This document shows positions 9,477 to 17,007 of a DNA stretch of 64,000 nt, piece by piece. The stretch's first letter is position 1; the number at the start of each line of letters is the position of its first letter. A program made the position numbers and the translations under genes. The DNA is from Pseudomonadota bacterium (GTDB lineage: Bacteria > Pseudomonadota > Alphaproteobacteria > RF32 > CAG-239): positions 1-64,000 of the forward strand of contig CAKJXZ020000021.1 of NCBI GenBank assembly GCA_918234285.1, read 5' to 3'. The notes below the pieces were generated by a model. It saw only the letters and a list, made by a program, of their open reading frames with translations. It was not told where the DNA came from and did not search any database.

Positions 9477-9886
9477 GCTTCTAGCTCCTCTATGCTGATT
9501 TCTTTAACTTTGACCATATTTTTATCAAGCAAGTCCACTTTGCCCTCTGTATCGGAAAGGACATAGATGTAATCTTTATCCGTTTTTATCACGAGACGAC
9601 CGGTTCTGTTTCCTAAACGTTGTTTAAGCGAGCCGTCTTTCAGACCGTCTAAAATGGTTTTAGTCATATCGGTATTGGGATTTCTTGTAGAAATTGTTTG
9701 CAGTTGCTTAAGCAAGCTCTCTGCGCTTTGCAACTGTTCATTAATGCGGTTGAAGATATCTTTATCTTGCTCGCTGATGTTTAATGCCGCTACATAGGTT
9801 TTGATTTGCTCTATTATCGGCATAAAGTCATGATAAAAAGCCTTAATCATTGCGGTCATCTGGGTGTGCGTATCATTGTTTGTCAT
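9473..9886 (-). CDS. Hypothetical protein: helical N-terminus plus the shared C-terminal domain
   Basis: C-terminal KTDKDYIYVLSDTEGKVDL...KVKEISIEEL; GGAG ribosome-binding site. Confidence 0.75.
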   Translation of the reverse strand: MTNNDTHTQMTAMIKAFYHDFMPIIEQIKTYVAALNISEQDKDIFNRINEQLQSAESLLKQLQTISTRNPNTDMTKTILDGLKDGSLKQRLGNRTGRLVIKTDKDYIYVLSDTEGKVDLLDKNMVKVKEISIEELEA

Positions 9887-9943
9887 TGTCTTTCTCCGTG
9901 TTTGGGTTATTAAATTCTACAAGGACAATAAAACATAAACACA

Positions 9944-9958
9944 CGCCAGATTCTGACG
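9944..9958. promoter_or_regulatory. DriD/WYL-type operator box 1
   Basis: CGCCA-GATTC-TGACG, 24 nt upstream of a minus-strand TAGAAT -10 element. Confidence 0.7.
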
Positions 9959-9983
9959 TTAATAGAACGAAAGTGCATAAATT

Positions 9984-10014
9984 AAAACAGCCTCTCTTGA
10001 AGAAAGGCTGTTTT
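9984..10014. terminator. Intrinsic terminator
   Basis: AAAACAGCCT...AGGCTGTTTT. Confidence 0.75.
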
Positions 10015-10035
10015 GCTATAAAATGTGGTAATTCC

Positions 10036-10368
10036 TCAGAAAATCTTACTGATTAAGAAGTGCCAACAGGCTACCATTGCTGCAGGTCTATCTTCCATTC
10101 CGTGAATAATATAATCTCTTGCATTTCCTATTTCGCTGCCATTACCCTGACACCAACCATCACGAATGGTACTACCATCCACATTTCCAATAGCATTACC
10201 ATTGCCTACACACCAACCGTCACGAATTACACCATTATCAACATTACCTAAAGCGTTACCATTTCCGATGCACCAACCATCACGAATTACGCCATTGTCA
10301 ATATTTCCGATAGCATTACCATACTCTGAATCTTCGTGAATAACGCCATCTTTATAGTAGTATTCCAT
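10036..10368 (-). CDS. Gly/Asn-rich protein with 20-aa tandem repeats
   Basis: GNAIGNxDxGxIRDGWCxGN repeated three times (60-bp DNA period); GAAAGGA ribosome-binding site. Confidence 0.8.
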   Translation of the reverse strand: MEYYYKDGVIHEDSEYGNAIGNIDNGVIRDGWCIGNGNALGNVDNGVIRDGWCVGNGNAIGNVDGSTIRDGWCQGNGSEIGNARDYIIHGMEDRPAAMVACWHFLISKIF

Positions 10369-10419
10369 ATTGTTTTCCTTTCATTAAATGTTACCCAAAA
10401 ACATCTAAACATTACAATA

Positions 10420-10434
10420 CGTCAAATTATGACG
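10420..10434. promoter_or_regulatory. DriD/WYL-type operator box 2
   Basis: Perfect CGTCA-AATTA-TGACG, 26 nt upstream of a minus-strand TAACAT -10 element. Confidence 0.75.
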
Positions 10435-10437
10435 GAT

Positions 10438-11505
10438 TTATTTTTGATTGTTAACATAAGCTATAAAATTATCTGTAATCTTTCGGATTTCTTTTGCAAA
10501 ACATTCTTTATTTTCATCCCACTTTGCCAATATACCTTTAATATGTATGTGAAGTAGAGTTGCTTCATAATAATTCTCTTGTTTGCCTATTTCATTATAG
10601 TAATCAAGATTACTTGCCGCTTCCTTTGCACACTTATAATATTCCCTATATTCTGCAATATGTTTATTGTGTTCTGTCTCATTCTTCTTATCATACCAAT
10701 TATAATAGCGAAGAGACAAATATGGTCCTTCATTATCCGTATCTATCCGCCAAAATACACTATGATTCTCTCCTTTTAAGATTTTCATCTCTGTCCAAGG
10801 GCGCCCAAAGCTTGAACCTGAATATATCATATACTTTTCTTCTTTATCTTTCTTATCCCATTTATCTTCCGGAAAAATTGTCCTCATTAATTTATATTGT
10901 GCGATATACTCCTTTGATATATTCCAATCACCTTTATCGTTTTTATTATAGAATTTGCCATAAGTATCATACCACTTTATTAAATTATCCAAGTATTCTA
11001 TGTACATATCCAATGTCGCATCAATATTTTTATATTTTTGCAAAATTTTTTGGAAATCTTCTCCGTGAATAGAAGTAAAACCGTCAAATTTGCTATCTTT
11101 GTTATTTTGGCATTTATATTCCACTAATTTATCGTTATCATAGTAAAAACCGGTTTTGAAATAAACGACATTTACTTTACATCCCTTATATTTGTCGTCA
11201 TTTGATATTTTTTCTACATACTTTGCAATTTGTTCATCATGTTCACTCGTGTATGTCTTATCTTCAATGATTATAACCTTTTTCGTATTCGGAAAATGAA
11301 TTAAAATATCGGTTTTATAAAACTGCTGTTGTATCTCGATTTTATTGTCTTCAGGGGACAGCTCTACAAAAGATGACAACAGGTCTTTAGCCAAGCTATA
11401 TAATTTACTATCCTTATTATTATAAAAGCTCAATATCCAACAAATAACCGCATCTTGAGAAAGCTCACTGGTTGCGTACTTAAATATGTTATTTTCAATT
11501 GTCAT
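10438..11505 (-). CDS. PD-(D/E)XK nuclease family protein (PDDEXK_4-like)
   Basis: NIFKYATSELSQDAVICW...TDILI...IIIEDK...EHDEQIAKY. Confidence 0.8.
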   Translation of the reverse strand: MTIENNIFKYATSELSQDAVICWILSFYNNKDSKLYSLAKDLLSSFVELSPEDNKIEIQQQFYKTDILIHFPNTKKVIIIEDKTYTSEHDEQIAKYVEKISNDDKYKGCKVNVVYFKTGFYYDNDKLVEYKCQNNKDSKFDGFTSIHGEDFQKILQKYKNIDATLDMYIEYLDNLIKWYDTYGKFYNKNDKGDWNISKEYIAQYKLMRTIFPEDKWDKKDKEEKYMIYSGSSFGRPWTEMKILKGENHSVFWRIDTDNEGPYLSLRYYNWYDKKNETEHNKHIAEYREYYKCAKEAASNLDYYNEIGKQENYYEATLLHIHIKGILAKWDENKECFAKEIRKITDNFIAYVNNQK

Positions 11506-11577
11506 GTTCGTTCTCCAATTCCTGAATTATTTTTATTCTATACACCATTTATTAAATTTTGCTATATATTCTTAATA

Positions 11578-11592
11578 CGACAGAATATGGCG
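11578..11592. promoter_or_regulatory. DriD/WYL-type operator box 3
   Basis: (ATA)CGACA-GAATA-TGGCG(CA) in the divergent nuclease/WYL intergenic region; resembles the Caulobacter DriD site as I recall it. Confidence 0.75.
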
Positions 11593-11625
11593 CACAATAT
11601 TTGTAAATTTCAACCGAGGCACAAA

Positions 11626-12582
11626 ATGGCTAATTATGAAAAAATGTATGACTTGTTTGATTTGGCTCTTTGGATGCAAGAAACAAGTGAAGGCTTATCT
11701 TTAGAGGATATTGAACAAAAATATAACGTTTCTCGCAGAACTGCCGAGCGTATGCGTAATGCTTTAATGACCTATTTTCCGCAAATGGAAGAAGTTGCTA
11801 CAGGTGAGCGCACAAAACGTTGGCGGATAACGCAACGCAGTTTGAACAGTTTTATTTCGTTTTCCGCTGAAGAATTAGCCGTATTCAAAACTGCTATTGA
11901 TAAGCTAAAACAGAGCAATATGAAAGAAAAAGCTGATACTTTAGCTCATATTGAACTAAAATTACGCAATCTCTTAAAACCGGAGCAAAAGAACAAAATT
12001 GAAGTTGATGCCGATGAATTGATGAAATCCGAAGGGTTAGTCTTGCACCCGGGACCACGAATTGAACTCAATAAAGAGATATTAAATACTTTGCGCCAAG
12101 CCATTTTATCTTGCCATCATATCAAAATGTCTTATCTTACTAAATATACCGGCAAAATTCACGAATATAAACTTGTTCCATATGGTTTCCTGTATGGTCA
12201 AAGAGACCACTATTTGGTTGCAAAGCATAATGACGACTACGATAACGGAAAGGCGCACAATTTCTCATTACAGCAGATTAAGAGTGTTGAAATATTGCCG
12301 GATATCTTTGATAGTTCGAAATTTAATTTGAATGAATATGCGTTAGAATCTTTTGGTGCTTTTCATGAAGAACCATTCGATGTTGAGTGGTTGTTTAGCG
12401 CAGATGTAGCAGATGAGGCCAAAAACTTCATTTTCCACCCCAAGCAGAAAATGATAAAAAATCCCGATGGCACATTGACAGTCAAATTCAAAGCCGGTGG
12501 CCGACGGGAAATGGATTGGCACCTTTACACTTGGGGCAACCAAGTTAAAGTTATTAAACCGAAAGATTGGGATAAACACTAA
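11626..12582 (+). CDS. driD: HTH-WYL-WCX transcriptional regulator, DriD-like
   Basis: SEGLSLEDI...VSRRTAERMR..L...FPQME, GPR, PYGFLYG..YLVA, ESFG.FH and FKAGGRREMDWHLYTWG closely follow Caulobacter DriD as I recall it. Confidence 0.85.
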   Translation: MANYEKMYDLFDLALWMQETSEGLSLEDIEQKYNVSRRTAERMRNALMTYFPQMEEVATGERTKRWRITQRSLNSFISFSAEELAVFKTAIDKLKQSNMKEKADTLAHIELKLRNLLKPEQKNKIEVDADELMKSEGLVLHPGPRIELNKEILNTLRQAILSCHHIKMSYLTKYTGKIHEYKLVPYGFLYGQRDHYLVAKHNDDYDNGKAHNFSLQQIKSVEILPDIFDSSKFNLNEYALESFGAFHEEPFDVEWLFSADVADEAKNFIFHPKQKMIKNPDGTLTVKFKAGGRREMDWHLYTWGNQVKVIKPKDWDKH

Positions 12583-12636
12583 GAAAACCGCCACGTTTCC
12601 GCAGCGGATTAACAGGAAAGTTGTGTGAGATTTATT

Positions 12637-13254
12637 TTAATTGGTTGTCTTTTCTGTGTTCTCTTTGGTTGAATTGTCTTCAGTTTCTTTCTGTGCTGGT
12701 GGTCTTAAAATGTATCCGCCATTATCAATCAGAAGGCTTGCTACATCAAATTCCAAATGGTTTAATGCTGCCATCAATGGCGTTTCCATTCTGATATTCG
12801 GGCGATTGACATCAATACTTTTATCAATCAGCATTTGAGCGGCTTTAATTTTGTTTTCTTCTGCCATATTTTCATTTAAGACTAACATATGCAAAGCATT
12901 GTCGCCCAAAATATTGGTTCGGTTAATTTCGGCACCTCTGTCTATCAGATATTCTATACCTTCAAGACCAGCACTGCGCAAGCAGCATTCCAATAAAAAA
13001 CTGCCACGATACATTCCAAATATGGCTTCTACATTGTCATTTGCTTGAGTTTTGATGCAATCTTCCAAACTCTTGGCATCGTCAATTATAAGATGGTATT
13101 CTCCGTTGAACTCACTTTCGTCTGGTTCTTCACCAAAAGTTTCGTATTTAATGCGATTGCTAATTTTCTTCACGCCTTCACAAAACTTTTCAAATTCTGA
13201 AATATGAATGTAATGGGTGTAACTATTATCTTCTTGATTAAACTTTTCAATCAT
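12637..13254 (-). CDS. Ankyrin repeat protein
   Basis: GAEINRTNILGDNALHML and DVNRPNIRMETPLMAAL. Confidence 0.85.
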   Translation of the reverse strand: MIEKFNQEDNSYTHYIHISEFEKFCEGVKKISNRIKYETFGEEPDESEFNGEYHLIIDDAKSLEDCIKTQANDNVEAIFGMYRGSFLLECCLRSAGLEGIEYLIDRGAEINRTNILGDNALHMLVLNENMAEENKIKAAQMLIDKSIDVNRPNIRMETPLMAALNHLEFDVASLLIDNGGYILRPPAQKETEDNSTKENTEKTTN

Positions 13255-13402
13255 TTCAACTCCTATTGTTTCTAACGTTAATTGTGTGAGTTTCCCTCAC
13301 AGAAATATTTATCGGTAGCAATTTGCTGATTTTGGTTTGAACAAAAATCTGTTGCGAAATATTTCTTTTGTGTTTATAAAGTTTAATGTCAAAGGATTTA
13401 AT

Positions 13403-13762
13403 ATGATAAACTTATTGAGTGTTTTTGTTGGTGGCGGTATCGGCTCGGTTTTACGTTGGCTGTGCAGCACGGTTATTTCTTCACATTGGGGAACATTTAT
13501 TGTTAATGTTGTCGGTGCTTTTTGTATCGGTATGGCCTATACCTATTTTCAAAAACACACAGGATTGTCAATTACGGCCAAAACATTTATTATGACTGGT
13601 CTGCTTGGTGGATTTACCACCTTTTCCACCTACTTATTGAATTTCATCACTTTAACCAATCAAAACAATTATTTAGAGGGCTTCCTTTATTTAATCGGTT
13701 CGGTTATTATCGGTTCAATTTTCCTCGTTTTAGGCATGAAACTGGTAGAATTTATTCAGTAG
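13403..13762 (+). CDS. crcB: Fluoride efflux channel CrcB/Fluc
   Basis: GGGIGSVLR, GTFIVNVVG and TGLLGGFTTFST. Confidence 0.92.
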   Translation: MINLLSVFVGGGIGSVLRWLCSTVISSHWGTFIVNVVGAFCIGMAYTYFQKHTGLSITAKTFIMTGLLGGFTTFSTYLLNFITLTNQNNYLEGFLYLIGSVIIGSIFLVLGMKLVEFIQ

Positions 13763-13806
13763 TTTATATTCCTATCTTTATAATACCGCTGCCGCATTAA
13801 ACTTCC

Positions 13807-14334
13807 TTATTTCATCACCTTTTCAAAACGAAACATTTCATCCAAACGTTGTTCTTCGGGTATTTCATCGCATATATGATGTTCATTATAAAATTCAACA
13901 ATCTTAAATCCGCAGCGATTTACATAAAAATGTATGTTCCGCTTTTCAAAATACGGGGTAACGGTTTCCCATACTTTGATTTCAGGATGCAGTTTCTCAA
14001 TAGCGCACCAAGCGGCATATCCGACACCTTTACTGTGTGCATTAGGAATAACAAACAATAGTTGTAAATCTCCTCGCAAGGTTTCTTTATCAACTTCAAT
14101 AACCACGCCACCAACCTTCTTATCACCATCCATAATCCGATAAGTTTCAGCATTTGGGGCATCAATAGACTTTTCAATTGTTTCACGAGATATAATCTGC
14201 CCATCTTCTTCAAAGTGGTCATCACGCAAACCAAATTCTTCAGTTGCTCCATACAAGAACGCCTGCTGGTTATCGGTTATAAACTGCTCATGGTCACTTG
14301 CTTCCAGTGGAACTAATTTGATATCTTTTGGCAT
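13807..14334 (-). CDS. GNAT acetyltransferase
   Basis: LFVIPNAHSKGVG...TPYFEKRNIHFYVNRCGF. Confidence 0.85.
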   Translation of the reverse strand: MPKDIKLVPLEASDHEQFITDNQQAFLYGATEEFGLRDDHFEEDGQIISRETIEKSIDAPNAETYRIMDGDKKVGGVVIEVDKETLRGDLQLLFVIPNAHSKGVGYAAWCAIEKLHPEIKVWETVTPYFEKRNIHFYVNRCGFKIVEFYNEHHICDEIPEEQRLDEMFRFEKVMK

Positions 14335-14856
14335 TTTATCCTCTGTATGTTTTATTTACGTTCTCATATTAACAATGTAATTTACAGAGTCAATCGCTTT
14401 GTTAGATTTGTTCAACAGGTCTTTCGGGAGATAAATATATGTGTAGCAGATTTCTGCTCGTATTGTTTCTACAATAAATTTCATTTTAACTTGGCAGCAT
14501 ATCCCCGTATGCTGCTTTTTGTTATCGCCGCCCCACGAAAAGCACCACACCCACCGAATTTCCGTTTTCCCTTTGATTTTGTTATCCTTTAATCTGACCT
14601 TCGGATTTTAGGCGAGTCATTTGTTGTCAATATTATTTTCTTTAGTAATTACCGATTTAAATTTTGCTTTAAATTACCCGAATCAGTTATCCTGAATTCA
14701 TCAGGAAATTGACTTGATTTAATTTGGCTTTCTATTTTAATTCCGAAGGAAAATGGCTCTATTATAAAATATATCCTCTTTATATTTTAATTATATTATA
14801 GGAGCAAAAAATCACCATGTAAGCCTTATTTCATCAGGGGTTTGAAAATTCAAAGG

Positions 14857-14986
14857 CGGATATAGATGCCGCCAAAAACGGATATAGATGCCAGAATTTC
14901 GGATATAAGTGCCGCCCAAAACGGATATACGTGCCTCAAATGCCCCAAATAGCGGATATAGATGCCAAAGGACGGATATATGTGCC
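14857..14986 (+). repeat. Iteron array (six CGGATATAnnTGCC copies); putative replication origin
   Basis: Copies start at 14857, 14879, 14900, 14922, 14953 and 14973. An AT-rich tract lies at ~14760-14812 and a Rep-like gene follows. Confidence 0.8.
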
Positions 14987-15040
14987 AAAGTCACATTTTT
15001 CCTGATAAATATCTATGAAATGAATTTATAAGGAAATAAA

Positions 15041-15559
15041 ATGAGTAGAAGTCAAAGTGAATTGTCATTAACCCAGCGTGAAATCTTGCAATTAGTTATC
15101 TATCGCACCAAAAATCCCAAAAGTCCTACGTTCTTCGGTAACAATGAATATATTGGTAAATGTGTTAATGTTAAACCTGATACCGTTAGAAAAGCACTTA
15201 AAGAGTTAAAAGACTTTGGATATATTATGGAAGCCAAAGATGATAAAGGTCGCCGCCATTTAGCCTATACAGGTAAAGAATTTCCACCGATTATTGAAGA
15301 TATGCGTAATATGGATAAAAGGATGCTGAAACAAGAAAAAGATAATTATCTCCGTGATTTGAATTACTGTAAGCACGAACTTGAAATGGCTCAAATCCGT
15401 ATAGATACGCTGGAAAGAGATAACTCTGCGCTGAATGATAAACTGTTTTACGCTGAATTACGGGTTAAAGAGTTAGAAAACATCTTTTTCGCTCAAGGTG
15501 TTACCAAAGAGCAGATTGATATAATGATTAAACAGGTGCAAACAATGCAAGCGGCTTAA
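15041..15559 (+). CDS. Winged-helix plus coiled-coil protein, putative replication initiator
   Basis: FFGNNEYIGKCVNVKPDTVRKALKELKDFGYI winged-helix motif; adjacent to the iterons. Confidence 0.65.
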   Translation: MSRSQSELSLTQREILQLVIYRTKNPKSPTFFGNNEYIGKCVNVKPDTVRKALKELKDFGYIMEAKDDKGRRHLAYTGKEFPPIIEDMRNMDKRMLKQEKDNYLRDLNYCKHELEMAQIRIDTLERDNSALNDKLFYAELRVKELENIFFAQGVTKEQIDIMIKQVQTMQAA

Positions 15560-16413
15560 TGATACCCAATTTCCTTTACATCGTCTTCAAAATCATCTGA
15601 AAAATCAAATTCATCATCGTCTTCATCGGTAGTGATTTCCGCTTCTTCTTGTATTGTCGGACAAAAGAATTCAAGATAACCGCCATCTGCAATTCGCCAA
15701 CACAAAGCATATTCGCCGTATTTTAGCACTGTGCCAAATAAATTTAACTCAATAGCATCTGTCTCACATCCGAAGTTTATCGCTATCATTTGCCGCAATT
15801 CATACCTATCGTAGGATGTCAGGTAAATTATCTCGTGAATATTGTGGTCAAACTTTATATTCTTTGGTGTTTTTGGTTTATAGCAGACAAAGAAGCCTTT
15901 ATATTCGCACCAACATCCGACAAATTGGTCATTTATAAAGACATCTTCTGTTTGCGTAAATTTGATAGTTTTGGAATCAATTTTCATATGTTCGGCAAGA
16001 GTTAGCCTTAACTGTTGAACTGAAAAGCCAACCAATACAACCTTTTCGGCAGGAGTTAGCAGCGTTGCGTCATACTCTGCTTTCTTGTCTTCGTCTTTCA
16101 GTAAATCGTAAGCCTTCTTAACGTTTCTAAATTGTGCATTTGCATTTTTACTGGCATTATGGTCGGGATGGTATTTTTTGACCGTAGCCTTATAGGCTTT
16201 CTTAACTTCTTCTACTGATGTTCTTGGAGCGATTTCTAACACATCATAAGCCGTTTTCTTGTTTGCTTTCTTCTGTCTTTCAGCCCAAGCGGCATCAAAC
16301 ATCTTATCGCCTTCTTTGCTCAATAACTGATAGGCATCAAGTTCCTTCTTCTTTTTGGGAGCCAGAAGTCCAACAGCAACCATTGTTCCGAAAAGCCAAA
16401 GAAGTCCGCTCAT
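15556..16413 (-). CDS. Membrane-anchored J-domain (DnaJ-like) protein
   Basis: N-terminal hydrophobic helix; AYDVLEI...KKAYK...KYHPD...YD. Confidence 0.85.
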   Translation of the reverse strand: MSGLLWLFGTMVAVGLLAPKKKKELDAYQLLSKEGDKMFDAAWAERQKKANKKTAYDVLEIAPRTSVEEVKKAYKATVKKYHPDHNASKNANAQFRNVKKAYDLLKDEDKKAEYDATLLTPAEKVVLVGFSVQQLRLTLAEHMKIDSKTIKFTQTEDVFINDQFVGCWCEYKGFFVCYKPKTPKNIKFDHNIHEIIYLTSYDRYELRQMIAINFGCETDAIELNLFGTVLKYGEYALCWRIADGGYLEFFCPTIQEEAEITTDEDDDEFDFSDDFEDDVKEIGYH

Positions 16414-16436
16414 TAGGTTATACCTCGCTTATTGTG

Positions 16437-16604
16437 TTAAAAGTCATCAATATCATCGCCAGAAGCACCGTTGAAATACATATCTTCAAACTCTTTATCA
16501 GCCTTGCTTTGGTGATGATGTGTTGCTTTCTTCGGCTTTTGGTTATCATTCCCGATAATCAACCAAATCACAACTCCGATGATAATTAAAACTAATATGG
16601 CCAT
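16437..16604 (-). CDS. 55-aa single-pass membrane protein
   Basis: Manual translation MAILVLIIIGVVIWLIIGNDNQKPKK...DDIDDF; fills the gap in the operon; not in the ORF track. Confidence 0.6.
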   Translation of the reverse strand: MAILVLIIIGVVIWLIIGNDNQKPKKATHHHQSKADKEFEDMYFNGASGDDIDDF

Positions 16605-16608
16605 ATTA

Positions 16609-17007
16609 TTAGTCAACTTTCATATATTTGTTAAAAATATTTTCAACATGTTCAGGTAAGTTATTAAAACATCTATCGTCCTCTTCTAATTCTGTTCCCA
16701 CTAAATCAGACAATACCTTAACCATATCTTCTCCAAATAGCCATAATGCTTCTGATGTTAATGGGAATAAATCTTCTGCTTCTAAATATGGATTCAACCC
16801 TGCTTTTTTCTTTTCGGGCATAGAAAAGTAAATATTTTTTAATTTATTATAAAATTCAAACCGTTTATCAAACAAATCTTGTTTTCTTTGTTTTTCACTT
16901 GTTCTCCATTGCATAAACGCGATAATTGCGACACATAGTGCAAGCCAAAAGTTATTTTCGCCCCAATCACCTATTTTCTTAAATAACTCACACACATTTT
17001 CCCACAT
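16609..17007 (-). CDS. Hypothetical membrane protein translationally coupled to brxL
   Basis: Start overlaps the brxL stop (TAATG); one predicted transmembrane helix. Confidence 0.7.
   Translation of the reverse strand: MWENVCELFKKIGDWGENNFWLALCVAIIAFMQWRTSEKQRKQDLFDKRFEFYNKLKNIYFSMPEKKKAGLNPYLEAEDLFPLTSEALWLFGEDMVKVLSDLVGTELEEDDRCFNNLPEHVENIFNKYMKVD

Noticed and set aside
10135-10320. 60-bp DNA repeats as a CRISPR or ncRNA array
   Set aside because: They are in-frame coding repeats with third-position variation.
13255-13402. Fluoride riboswitch upstream of crcB
   Set aside because: No GGxGATGG...CC core or TGATG motif is visible; only a short TGTGAG/CTCACA palindrome.
14857-14986. Possible CRISPR array
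   Set aside because: Repeats are 14 bp with gaps of only 6-17 bp and there are no cas genes. The pattern fits iterons.
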